64,000 nt of DNA, from contig NC_068988.1 of NCBI RefSeq assembly GCF_001194135.2, positions 51,050,989-51,114,988 on the forward strand, written 5' to 3'. The translations under genes were made by a program, and so were the position numbers. Position 1 is the stretch's first letter. The number at the start of each line of letters is the position of its first letter. Source of the DNA: Octopus bimaculoides. Taxonomy: Eukaryota. Under the pieces are notes generated by a model. It had not been told where the DNA came from, searched no databases, and saw nothing but the letters and a program-made list of their open reading frames with translations. Below, piece by piece: positions 26,901-38,700 of the stretch.

Positions 26901-28723
26901 AGTAGTAGTGTTAGTTATAGTATCATACATAACAGATTAATATTATTAATCTGTTTTGGTTCTATTTATAGATAAAAACAAACTTCATCTTGTAAATAAC
27001 TTAAGTATGGTATTGATGTCAGTTTAAACCTGCCAATGAAAACATAGTGGAAAACAGACAATAGAAATAGATTTTTCTGGACTATTGTTATGACTACGTA
27101 GATAAAAAACAAGGAAAGGCCCTCATAAAATACTAAGTTGAAATTATGCCAGACTAGAAAGGCAAGAGGTAAGTTTCTACTTGGCAGTTTGAGTAAAACA
27201 GATGTTAAATATTAATGATTAATATCAGTCATTATATATGTTTGTATAATATAGTAGTTTGAAGGTAAGGTGGTCAGATGTATTGTAGATGTTTGTTTGA
27301 GTATGGTCTGAAGTCTAGAGGTAGTCAAACTAGATATATTGAAATGTTGTTGCTATTATCAGTAGTGAAAGGATTAATTTCAGGTCTCTTGAGTTTATTA
27401 TTCCTGTACAGCTGTGTTGTTATTCTGACCAAAACACTTAACTTGAGTTTCTGACCTTTTTAAAACTTTATTATTTTAAGGATAATTATAGTAATTAATA
27501 TCATAATGACTTCTAACATTGGCAAAGTTGCAGATTTGTTAATTGAGAGGGTAGTCAATGAAATCAATCTCCATTCAAAGTATGGCACTCTCTTTCCATT
27601 GAACCTCAAAGGATAAAATGCATAGTGAATCCCAGTGGGGTTTGAACTCAGAATGTAGAACAACAGAGCTAAATTCTTTTATACCTTCCATTTAGTATTT
27701 AACCCTATTCCAACACCTATATATAACATTTTCTCGTTGGCATTACACCTTGAAAATGTTGAGCAGAGTTTTAGTTGATTTGATTAATCCAAAGAGTGTG
27801 GCTGAAAGGTAGACTATATTTCATTTTCCATTCGATTGTGGCATTAGGTAGCTTGCTTTGCAGCCCTGTGGTTTCAGGTTCAATCCCACTGCATGGCACC
27901 TCAGGCAGATATCTTCTACTTATACTCTTGGGCTGAGCAACATCTTGTGAGTAAATTTGGTAAATGGAAACTGTATGAAAGCCTGTTGTACGTGTGAATA
28001 TATATATATATATANNNNNNNNNNNNNNNNNNNNNNNNNNNNNNNNNNNNNNNNNNNNNNNNNNNNNNNNNNNNNNNNNNNNNNNNNNNNNNNNNNNNNN
28101 NNNNNNNNNNNNNNNNNNNNNNNNNNNNNNNNNNNNNNNNNNNNNNNNNNNNNNNNNNNNNNNNNNNNNNNNNNNNNNNNNNNNNNNNNNNNNNNNNNNN
28201 NNNNNNNNNNNNNNNNNNNNNNNNNNNNNNNNNNNNNNNNNNNNNNNNNNNNNNNNNNNNNNNNNNNNNNNNNNNNNNNNNTCCAACTAAAAACATTTGT
28301 CTCCCTTTACACACACTTCCTGTTTTGACACCACACTTCCTGCTTAACACAAACTTTTAACCCTTTTTTTAAACCTGACACAACTCTCAATTCTCATGCA
28401 TCCTTATTTTTCCAACCATTATATACATGAACTACCATTGAACTTCAAAAGCTCAAAGACAATATAATGTATTGGTATATTTATTTTTTTATATATTATT
28501 TTCTTCATTTTGTACTTCTTTGTAAAAAACATTTTCATTCTCCTTCTTGAAAATTTGCTTTGCAATGAAAGCCGGTTAGAAATCTTTATTAAAATATGCT
28601 TCCAGTTTAGCATTCTGCCTTATTCTTCATTTTCCTATATATATATACATATATTGTCGGTAAAGCATAAATCTGAAAAAGAAGTTAGAGTAGAATATAA
28701 TATAAATAAAATTAGGTAAGTCC

Positions 28724-28797
28724 GGTTTATGGGATTACTCTGGGTTTCATGTCCATAAAGTGTTTAACTTTATGGCATATCATCATATCCCAAAACC
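28724..28797 (-). ncRNA. Type I hammerhead ribozyme motif (family P1), core C3 mutated to A
   Basis: The minus strand reads GGTTTTGGGAT-ATGATGA-T-ATGCCATAAAG(TTAAACA)CTTTATGGACAT-GAAAC-CCAGA-GTA-ATCCCATAAACC. Stems I and II pair well, stem III is minimal, and the cleavage triplet is GUA. Confidence 0.7.
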
Positions 28798-28897
28798 TGT
28801 TGGCTTAAGGTCTCTCTAGCGAATGGCATCTTTAGAATATGGAGGAGGAAAGAACCTCGCTACTCAGTCTCAACAACAGGGGATTGTCTACCTTTGG

Positions 28898-29662
28898 CTA
28901 TTGATCACCAGTGACCCTGTTATCCTGTAGGTTCCAATAGGTTAGCAAGAATTTCCTGAAATGCAAGCATGGTCTGAAGACCTCTGTTCCGGAGTTAAGG
29001 ATATTCCCTGGGTTGAGGGAGTCCTTTAAAATTCTCGCCTGTTCTGCCATGCATAGTTTACAGCACTTGGTCTTGTTTATGTAGGATCCTGGATTTTCTA
29101 GGATTCTCCATGATATTGTGTATGGAATCCTGTCGTCTTTCAGCTGCCATACATGGCTGGTTAATGACGTAATGTATCTCCTTCCAAGTATCCTGAAGGA
29201 GGATCTGTAGTTGGAGAGGCATTGTTTGAATACTTTCCTGGAGCAGCTGATGTATCTCCGTGGTTGGGTGTTGGTGGTGCTCTGTCTGTTGATGTTGGCA
29301 TTGCTGCTACTACTGTTGTTAGTACTGATGCTATTGGTGTCATCACTGCCAGTGTTAGTAATGGTGCTGTTGTTGTTATGATCATCATCATTGATGGAAG
29401 TGCTGTCACTGCTGTTACAGATATGATTGGCAATGACTCTGCTGCTATTTCCATTAGAGATACTGCCATTGCTGTCTTTGCTGTTGTTATCGCTGACGAT
29501 GGTGTTGCCACTGGTTCTGTTTATATCTTTGCTGCTGCTACTATTCCTACTGTTATCCCTGCTGCTGTAGTAGCCGTTTGGGGAGCTGCTGATATTGCTG
29601 CTGCTATTAGGGTCAGCCAGTACCTTAGCTTCATAGACGACTCCCTTGGTTTCACAGTGGGC
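28898..29662 (-). pseudogene. PLE GIY-YIG endonuclease reading frame, 5'-truncated, stop-free for 254 codons, with a 116-aa Asn/Ser-rich insertion
   Basis: Manual translation gives AHCETKGVVYEAKVLADP-[NSSSNISSS...STTNTQP, 29608-29261]-RRYISCSRKVFKQCLSNYRSSFRILGRRYITSLTSHVWQLKDDRIPYTISWRILENPGSYINKTKCCKLCMAEQARILKDSLNPGNILNSGTEVFRPCLHFRKFLLTYWNLQDNRVTGDQ*. There is no upstream start codon, so the ORF track misses it. Confidence 0.85.
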
Positions 29663-30077
29663 TCACCAACAGCACCAGTACCAGCAACACCAACAGACAC
29701 TGCACCGCCAAGACTTGACCACAGAGATACAGCAGCTGCTCCAGGAACACATTCCTCCTTCATTAGCCAGCCATGTATGGCAACTGAGGGATGACGGGAT
29801 TCCATACACAATATCATGGAGAATCCTAGAAAATCCAGGCCCCTACATAAACAAGACCAAGCACTGTAAACTATGCATAGTGGAACAAGCAAGGATTCTA
29901 AAGGACTCCCTTGACCCTGCGAACTTCCTTAGCTCTGGAATGGAGGTCTTTGGACCATGCTTGCATTTTGGGAAATTCCTACTGGCCTATTGGAACCCAC
30001 AGGATAACAGGGTCACTGGCGATCAATAGCTAAAAGGAGAGAATCCTCCTCCATGTTCTAGAGGCCTTAAGCCAACA

Positions 30078-30151
30078 GGTTTTGGGATCTGATGATACAC
30101 TGTAAAGCTAAATGCTTTATTGACATGAAACCCAAGAGTAATCCCATAAAC
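30078..30151 (+). ncRNA. Type I hammerhead ribozyme motif (family P1)
   Basis: GGTTTTGGGAT-CTGATGA (30089-30095)-stem II partly decayed-GAAAC (30127-30131)-CCAAGA-GTA (30138-30140)-ATCCCATAAAC. Stem I TGGGAT/ATCCCA is intact. Confidence 0.75.
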
Positions 30152-31303
30152 TAGCCTTATCTAACTTTATATATATATAATGTATGTATGTCTTTCTGCT
30201 CATGTTTGTTCCCCACCCCTCTACTTTGCAATCGGTGTTGGCTTGATTATAACTCTATTCCTTAGCAGTTCAACAGAGAAAGTTCTATCAAGATATCAAA
30301 TAAGTACCAGGATTCATCCATTCAACTAAATGAGAATCTCAACAAATACAGCAAAGCATTTTTTTTTTCAGACATGTATTTAAAACTACTCTGTATTAAG
30401 TGTCCTTCTTTTAAGATGGCAGGTTGTGATTGAAGGGAGCCGATCATCATTTAATGCCAGTTTTCCATCTGACATAGGTGGGACAGTTTGACAGAAGCTA
30501 GCAAACTAGGGAGCTGCTCTAGTCTCCATTTGTCTGTTTTGGCATGGTTTCTATGGCTGGACACCCTTCCTAATGTATTAAGTATATTTTATGTGGCACC
30601 AGTGCAAATACCTTTTACATGGTACCAGCATGGGTGCTTTTTATATGTAATTGCTATTTCTATTAGATGGACTGACTACATAGACATTCTTCCACTGGTT
30701 CAACTTTTGCTTGCTTTTGATGAGGCCTCTACTTGGTGATGAGATTATTGCTTGGAATTGCTAGATAACTGATACTGCAATATTGCTGTAAGAATTATCT
30801 AGAAAGGAAACTCAATATTTGAAAGCCTTCATTGAATTTGAAATCAGTTTGGGTTATTCATGTCATCAAAGAAAGATTCCTTGCTGTAAATACATCTTTG
30901 TTCATAATTCAGCATTTGATGTAACTGTATGCATTTCAGTGTAGCATTTGCAGTCTCCTTACAATAGAGGAAGTTATTGACTCCTATGGTGGAATATTTG
31001 GTTCCAAAAAGATGATTCTTTACAAAGATAAACACCTCAGATTTAAGAAAATAATAATAATTACAATAATAATAATAATAATCCTTTCTATTTAAGGCAC
31101 AAGACCTGAAACTTTTGGGGAAGGGACTAGTCAATTAATTCAACCCCAATACTCAACTGGTACTTAATTCATCAACCCTAAAAAGATCAAAGGCAAAATC
31201 GGCGGAATTTGAACTCTGAACATAGCGGCAGATGAAATACCGCTGAGCATTTTTTTCCCAGCATGCTAATAATTCTGCCAGCTCACCACCTTAATAATAA
31301 TAA

Positions 31304-31356
<53 letters not shown>

Positions 31357-31440
31357 ATAATAATAATAATCAGGTGGCAAAGAGAAATGTGCAATGGCTG
31401 TGAGGTGAAGATATTGAAGTGCAAAATCATTGGCTGCTTC

Positions 31441-32161
31441 NNNNNNNNNNNNNNNNNNNNNNNNNNNNNNNNNNNNNNNNNNNNNNNNNNNNNNNNNNNN
31501 NNNNNNNNNNNNNNNNNNNNNNNNNNNNNNNNNNNNNNNNNNNNNNNNNNNNNNNNNNNNNNNNNNNNNNNNNNNNNNNNNNNNNNNNNNNNNNNNNNNN
31601 NNNNNNNNNNNNNNNNNNNNNNNNNNNNNNNNNNNNNNNNNNNNNNNNNNNNNNNNNNNNNNNNNNNNNNNNNNNNNNNNNNNNNNNNNNNNNNNNNNNN
31701 NNNNNNNNNNNNNNNNNNNNNNNNNNNNNNNNNNNNNNNNNNNNNNNNNNNNNNNNNNNNNNNNNNNNNNNNNNNNNNNNNNNNNNNNNNNNNNNNNNNN
31801 NNNNNNNNNNNNNNNNNNNNNNNNNNNNNNNNNNNNNNNNNNNNNNNNNNNNNNNNNNNNNNNNNNNNNNNNNNNNNNNNNNNNNNNNNNNNNNNNNNNN
31901 NNNNNNNNNNNNNNNNNNNNNNNNNNNNNNNNNNNNNNNNNNNNNNNNNNNNNNNNNNNNNNNNNNNNNNNNNNNNNNNNNNNNNNNNNNNNNNNNNNNN
32001 NNNNNNNNNNNNNNNNNNNNNNNNNNNNNNNNNNNNNNNNNNNNNNNNNNNNNNNNNNNNNNNNNNNNNNNNNNNNNNNNNNNNNNNNNNNNNNNNNNNN
32101 NNNNNNNNNNNNNNNNNNNNNNNNNNNNNNNNNNNNNNNNNNNNNNNNNNNNNNNNNNNNN
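31441..32161. other. Largest assembly gap (N run)
   Basis: Other N gaps: 9088-9201, 10318-10451, 11952-12175, 14724-14891, 28015-28281, 40681-40707, 41849-41858, 55811-55820 and 62117-62151. Confidence 0.99.
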
Positions 32162-32950
32162 CCTCAACTTCCCTCTCCACCCTCAACTTCCCTCTCCACC
32201 CTCAACTTCCCTCTCAAGTGAAACTTGAAAAAGTTGATGAGGGCTTGGCCAAAGAGGAAAGTGTCTGTCTTTAGCCCTTTCAAACGGGTCCACCATACTA
32301 CCTCTTTTGCTACAACCACCAGACAAATAAAAATTGCCTGCCTCTCCCAACCAAAAGAGGGCAGTAGAGCAATCTTCACAATGGATTCGGCTGATAGCCG
32401 GATCCGTCCTACATGTGACAGCAGGTGTTCAAAATAAACCCACAGTTCGGCAATACTCGGGCACTGGACTAGGGTGTACAGAACAGTTTCATTGTTCTGG
32501 ACACACCTTAGGCAGGCCTGGCTGACGGCACTTCTGTGCCTGTAAAGTTTATCCTGAACAAGCAGTGCCCCTCAGTAGCTCTGCTTGGCAAGGGATCTCT
32601 GGAAGTTATCCATAGGTCCAGGCCTGCAAGTTCTCTGAAACAGACCAGTAAGTTGATCTTCCTCGACGCCCAAAGTTTTCTCGAGAACATTGTTGCACTT
32701 TCCCTCCACAAACCCTCTATAGAATACTAAAGTGGAACTACCAGCAACTGCATTGTTCACCTAGCGGAGGGCTGTGAGTGCTTGATGGCACTCGAGGTGT
32801 CAAGCACCCCTCCTTGGTCTACGCCTAATCCAGTATTGCAGCTCAGTCAAAGAGACAAGCTGTGGAAAAGTGTCTCTTACAAATGGTGACCACACCTGCT
32901 CACTGTCAAAGAAAAGCTGGAGATGCAGCGATTTCAAATTTTGCCACAAG
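32162..32950 (-). mobile_element. Tx1/L1-like non-LTR retrotransposon 3' fragment
   Basis: The minus strand gives ...VQDKLYRHRSAVSPACLRCVQNNETVLYTLVQCPSIAELW..., a zf-RVT/CCHC-like C-terminus, followed by AKEVVWWTR. It is truncated by the N gap. Confidence 0.7.
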
Positions 32951-33143
32951 GGCAGCAACTTTGGGGTAGGGGATGAGTCAATTACATTGACCCCAGTGTT
33001 CAACTGGTACTTATTTTATCAACTCCTAAAGGATAAAAGGTAAAGTCGGCCTTGGTGGAATTTGAACTCAGAAGGTAGTGGCGGGCAAAATACTGCTAAG
33101 CATTTTGTCCAGCATGCTAACAATTCTGACAGCTCACCGCCTT
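32943..33143 (-). mobile_element. SINE family C, head-to-head with the copy at 33171
   Basis: Ends in GCTCACCGCCTT, the reverse complement of the family head. It is separated from the next copy by an (AAT)-rich spacer. Confidence 0.8.
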
Positions 33144-33170
33144 AATGATAATTATAATAATAATGATAAT

Positions 33171-33393
33171 AAGGTGGTGAGCTGGCAAAATCATTACCAC
33201 ACTGAATAAAACGCTTAGTAGCAATTCTTCCAACTCTTTACACTCTAAATTCAAATGCTGTCAAGGTGAACTTTGCCATTTGTTCTTTCAGAGACAATAA
33301 AATAAGTACCAGTTGATCACTGGGATTGGTGTAATTGAGTAACTTCCTCCACCAAAATTTCAGGCCTTGTGCTATAATAGAAAGAATTATTAT
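33171..33393 (+). mobile_element. SINE family C (AAGGCGGCGAGCTGGC head, (ATT)n tail)
   Basis: Head AAGGTGGTGAGCTGGCA...TCAAAT, a central TTTGCC.TT..T.CTTTC...ATAAAATAAGTACCAG block (Meta-domain-like from memory, unverified), and tail AGGCCTTGTG..ATA.TAGAAAG.ATTATT. Other copies lie at about 14116-14335(-), 14357-14545(-), 31081-31292(-), 44911-45116(-) and 59242-59460(+). Confidence 0.82.
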
Positions 33394-36300
33394 TTCTGAA
33401 ATAGATCCAAATGTTTTCTTGGAGACTAAATTGGTTAAAATGACTGTATAAAAGACCTTTGGTGTAAGGAAACAAACATTTTGCTGAATAAATATTTAAT
33501 GAAGACGTGTGTATAGAGTGGGATGTGTCATATATGTTAACATTTTCTGACAGTTCTTAATACCATCTTGGCTTTGTTGACCTTTTGTTTAGAAGTAATT
33601 GCATAGCACATACCATCTGATTACCATTAGCTAGCTAGTATGGCAGTCAAGTGTCAAATAACTATTGAATCAAAGGAAAAAAACAAAATTAATAATTCCT
33701 AGCAGGATAGATTTGATGTTTGATGAATATTGATGTCTAAGTACTTTAAGAGATTTACAATCACCATGAACAGGATAGCAAATTTAAAAGATTTTATTTA
33801 TAAGTATCTGGTTTTTTTTTTTGTGTGTGTATGTTATACATTACTGTTTGTGTTCTTTTAATCTCATTTTTGCTGGATTAAAATTTATTATTTTGTTTCA
33901 AAAATCAGCAATCTGCCATGTCTAATACAATCAGTTGTAAAATGATGTGTATGCGTGTGTGATTATTCTAATATAAAATAGACTAGCTTGAGTCCAGCAC
34001 TTGATATCGATACTCAGATTGTGCTAATACTCCTGTAGAAATGATGTTGATGTCAGAGCTTGCCTGATTTTCTACCTTCTTAAATCTGATGACATGTCTC
34101 GATTTAAATCAATACTTATTTCTGTAAAAAAAGCTAATATGATAAAGATGGAAGGCTCATGAAAGTGTTTGATTACAAAAAAAAAAAAAAAAAATAATAA
34201 TAATAATAATAATAATAGTTGCCTTTTTCTATTCTTTTTGTAATCATTTTCTCTTGTTAGATTTTATTAGTAGTTTCTAACACAAGAAAGAAAGATTTAC
34301 ACATCTATTATAGTTTTCTAGGACTCTGCTGGTATGTGACTTGTTTTGTTTGTAATTGATTAGAACTTGTGAAATTGACAGTCCTGTGCTTAATCATTTA
34401 CAGAAAATAATATAGATTGAGAAGGTGGGGTTGGCAATCAGTGTGTGGCTTTATTATCTACAGTAACATTGAGAGAGAGGCAGTTACATGATTGAATAGC
34501 AAGAAGCTAAAATATGGATTATATATATATATATAATGTATGTATGTAAATACTTGTAAGTGTAGACATGTATGCATATGAGTATGTATGTTTGAGAGCC
34601 AGTATGCATGTAAAATTATAAGTGCAAACTGTGCTGGTGTAGAGTTGCGTGAGTGATAGAAAAAGGCCATCATCATAGTCATCATCATCATATCATTCAC
34701 TTTTCCATGCTTGCATAGGACAGATGGAGTTTTCCTATGGTCAGGCACTGAACCTGTCATCAAACCTCACCTGTTTCCATGCAAGGTAATATTTTCCCAT
34801 GGCTAGACCTGTTTTTTTAATGTATATTGGGAATTGAATGACATTGCTTGTATGAGGGTGACACTCATTTACAGCTATCATGCTATGTCGAGATAAGATG
34901 ACACAGACACACTTACAGACATATACATACACATACACAAAAGGTGCAGGGTCAATACACTGAAGTATCGAGAAAGTCCTGGAGTTATAAGTGACCAACC
35001 CTGGTGCCTTTAAAATTGCTGGCCTTGTGCCTCAATTAAAAACTATTATCATCACCGCCATAGAAATGGATTGCAGAATAGACAAAATTCTTTGCAATAT
35101 TTAGATGTATTTGTTGACTGTGAGACTTTGTATCTTGTGTTTTCTTGGTTCTAGTTGCCCTTCATTGAAATTCTAGTTCTTGTTGGGTTGAACTTGTTTA
35201 GAGTTCTTGATTTATGGTGGTTATGTATATTCTATGATACATTGATATGAGATTGCCCTTCATTGGCATTCTAATTCTGGTAAAGGTAATTCTTGTTTAT
35301 GGAGGTTTTGCTACATATATACTTAGTTCAAATCAGGCCTTGTTTGACAAAGGAAATAAGTCCTGAGATCACTTTAATTAACCATTCATTCTCTATCCAG
35401 CAGTATTTATGACTGTGTTTAGGAAACCATTATTTTTATTATTTTTACGGTGACAAAATGGGTATTTAAATGCATCATTTTACCTCCTTAGTTGGCACAC
35501 ACTGGGGCCCACTTAGTATTTCGTGTTTCCAGGCCCAATAAAATGGAAAAGTATCAGTCAAGTACTAGAATCAGTTAAGTTGACCGTGCTCTTCCTCAAG
35601 TGTTGAGGTTTTTGACCCCAGAACAAGTTGAATTAAAAACATCTATACATTTGAATAGCTGTAACTTAAAGTATATAGTTGCAAACTGTTCCCTTTCATC
35701 TTTCTAAAATCAACAAACTAAATTCCAGTCAAGTCAAGTGCTGTGGTTGATTTAATTAACTAAGCTCTTCTCCAGTTTCTAGCTTCTGACAGACTAGCTT
35801 TAAAATTCCATTCTCTATTTAAATTAAAAAGCTATTTGGAAATAACTTGCATATTCAAATTATTAATTTATTTGAGATAAGTATTTTTATTTTAAGGAAA
35901 ATAGTCTTTAAAATATGATATCGCTGCATCTATAAAGAGATCTGTCACAGCAGCTTGTAGGTTTAATAGTTACACACATATATATATATATATACATAGA
36001 TATACGCTTTTTCTTGCACAGATTGATAGACGTCCTTTTCACATGGCTTTGCTTTAACATTACATGATATTGATTTCACCAGATTAAATTCTTAATAGTT
36101 CTGCTTTTGGACATTGACTGATAATTGCACTTCAGTTTCTCAGCAGGTGAAATATCATTTTGATTAGTTCTTTTCTGATTCACAAGTCTTTACACACACA
36201 CACACACACAAACCCTCTCTCTCTCTCTCTCTTGTGTGCGCACACACACACACACACATAAACCCTCTCTCTCTCTCTCGTGCACACACGCACACACATA

Positions 36301-36411
36301 ACCCCCCTCTCTCTGTCTCTCTCGTGCACACACACACACACATAACTCCCCTCTCTCTCGTGAACACGCACTCTCTCTCACACACACACACACACACACT
36401 CTCTCTCTCTT

Positions 36412-36446
<35 letters not shown>

Positions 36447-36458
36447 TGCACACACACA

Positions 36459-36500
<42 letters not shown>

Positions 36501-37259
36501 TAAAGGATTGGCAGAAACTAGAATTGCTTACTAAGTCGACATGACAAAGACAGCCAAACAATTCAAGAATAAAATATTAGAACATTATAATTGAAATGTC
36601 ATTTTTAGACTGATATTAAATTAGAAATGGCCCTTCTAATATGGCAATACAGTCTCTAGAACCTCTGTGAATTTGATTACTCTGCTAGAAATAATGCACA
36701 AAAGGGGTAGGTAGGAATTTTACTAAGGAGCAAGATATGCTCTATAGTGTTAGACATTGGTTAAAATGCATCTAGTACACTCTGTAAAATGGTAGGCTGA
36801 CATACCATAGGGCAGAGAGAGTTTTTCAGTTTTGCTGGAGTAAGGTAGTCCGTACAATGTTGGTCCCACAATGAAATGCTCCCTGTACATTCTGTAAAAT
36901 AGATGATGAATAAATGAAGACATCATAAGGAGAGAGGACTCTTTAGTCTTACCAACAACCTGACAACCCCTCTAGTGCCATGAAAAATTCACACAGTGCA
37001 CTTGGTAAAGTGGTTGGTGATAGAAAGGGCATCAGCTGTATGAAGCATGCCGAAGATGGAACTTATACATAAAACCTGATACTCAACCCATCTAGAAGGA
37101 CCATAACTTGAAATAAGAATTGACTCACTCTATGACAACCCTACACCAGCATAGAAGAATTAATATAAAATAATGATGATGATGCATGCATGTGTGAGAG
37201 AGAGAGAGAGAGAGTGTATGTGTTTGTGTTTTATACTAATTTATAATATACCACCAGAC

Positions 37260-38700
37260 GGGAATTATATAAAAAGTTGTGCTTATATTTTGGTTTATTC
37301 ACACTATTAATCATTTTAACAATTTTTTTCTGTACTATCATGGGCAAACTTGATTTGCAGTACAATATGTTGTCTTGGTCATTTTCTATCTCTCCTACAA
37401 GGGCTTTCTTCTTAAGATCTGACTTCAACAAGTCTTTCTGTGTATTCCTTAGTCTTCTGCCACTAGTACCCAGTTCTCCTCATTCATTTGCATAACATAT
37501 CTATACCTCTATACATTTGTATTGACTGCACAAATCAGCTAATACTTTCGATTCTGAACTGCTCTGTCTGTACACCTGTCTTCTTCTACTCTTGCTAGTT
37601 AATCTCAGATATTGTTTATTATATTTCATCCATCAATTGTAAATTTTTTTCTTCTGTAAACAATATTTATGTCAGTCAGTCAGTTATCCATTTGGAAGCA
37701 GCTTCTTAAGACCTAAAGCAGCTTGCCAACCAAACAGACCTGTAATCGCATTAGTAACTAGATGCTCTGTGGTCATATCAACAATGTACTTATAGGCACC
37801 ATGACATAAAAATAACTGTATACTCATAAGTAAAATTAGGCTTATGTGTGTCATCTATTAGAGACGATATATCACTAGATCATATACTTTAAATCTTCTT
37901 CTGTTAAGCTGATGTTTGAGGAGAATGTTATTTAGATTTGTGTATTTCAATTGAAATGACATGATTTCTGTAAGCTTTCTCAATGATCTGCACTTAACCC
38001 TTTCATCATCACATTTCTTGAATAAGCTCAGAAAATCCAGATGGCTTCACATTGTCCTCATGATATTCAAAGAAAGCTAATGCAGTGATTGGTGAGACTA
38101 ATGAGGTAGAGATAAGAGTACATTAGGCTGGTCAGAGGGACAGATTCCATTGTAATAGTAATAGATGAAATAGAAAGAAGAAACAGTATATATGCAGGCA
38201 TCTTAAGCTAAATGATTCTCATATCAGACCTGGAAGATTTCTAATGTCTGAAGAAAATATTCTTTCACAGTTGTTCTCAAGATTGAGGAAACACTGGTGT
38301 GTGATGTGCAAGTTCCATTACATCTGGTTCTTTGGAAACTAATGGTTACTGGGAAAAGATAGATATCCAAGAAAAGAGTAGTTAGTTATTTTCAACTGTT
38401 TCCATCGTCTTTGAGATGCTGAAAGTGAAGGTTTAAGGATGACTGTTTGCTTGATAGAAAATATTGCTCTCCATAAGAATGGGGCTCATTGTTGAGCAGT
38501 TCCATAGATGAGGTAGATTTCCATCATGACAGGTTGTGGAGAATTTAGTGAATAGAAGAAAGCTTAGGAGTACACTGAGGATAATAGAAGGAACGCCATC
38601 AGAACCAGACAAATGAAGATAATGAGGATATATTAAAATTTGCAAAGATTCTGTTCTGTCATGTAAAATTGTATCACAATATTGCTGATCAGCTAGACAA
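37260..38700 (-). mobile_element. Possible very old Gypsy pol relic
   Basis: Scattered RT/RNase H-like fragments in broken frames (FLGY, DHRA, ILYCK...IV). The evidence is weak. Confidence 0.3.

Larger units (their letters stand above)
28705..30170. mobile_element. Penelope-like element (PLE): two 5'-truncated copies joined head-to-head (inverted pLTR-type structure)
   Basis: The minus copy spans about 29662 to 28705 and the plus copy about 29665 to 30170. They align as inverted repeats, roughly 80-85% identical by eye. Both carry a GIY-YIG endonuclease C-terminus (TSLxSHVWQL...YTISWRI...CKLCxxEQARIL...NxLxS..E...PCLH..KFLL) and a hammerhead motif in the 3' UTR. AT-rich or (TA)n sequence flanks both ends. 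Confidence 0.9.

Noticed and set aside
29222-29794. 190-aa Ala/Val/Ile-rich ORF that looks like a multi-pass membrane protein
   Set aside because: It is the antisense reading of the Asn/Ser-rich insert of the PLE endonuclease frame. The 29161-29511 and 29521-29892 ORFs are likewise off-frame readings.
32162-32216. Three tandem copies of an 18-mer (CCTCAACTTCCCTCTCCA)
   Set aside because: It lies directly against a 721-nt gap inside a Tx1-like fragment. It is probably a gap-edge artefact or local slippage, and it has no spacers, so it is not CRISPR-like.
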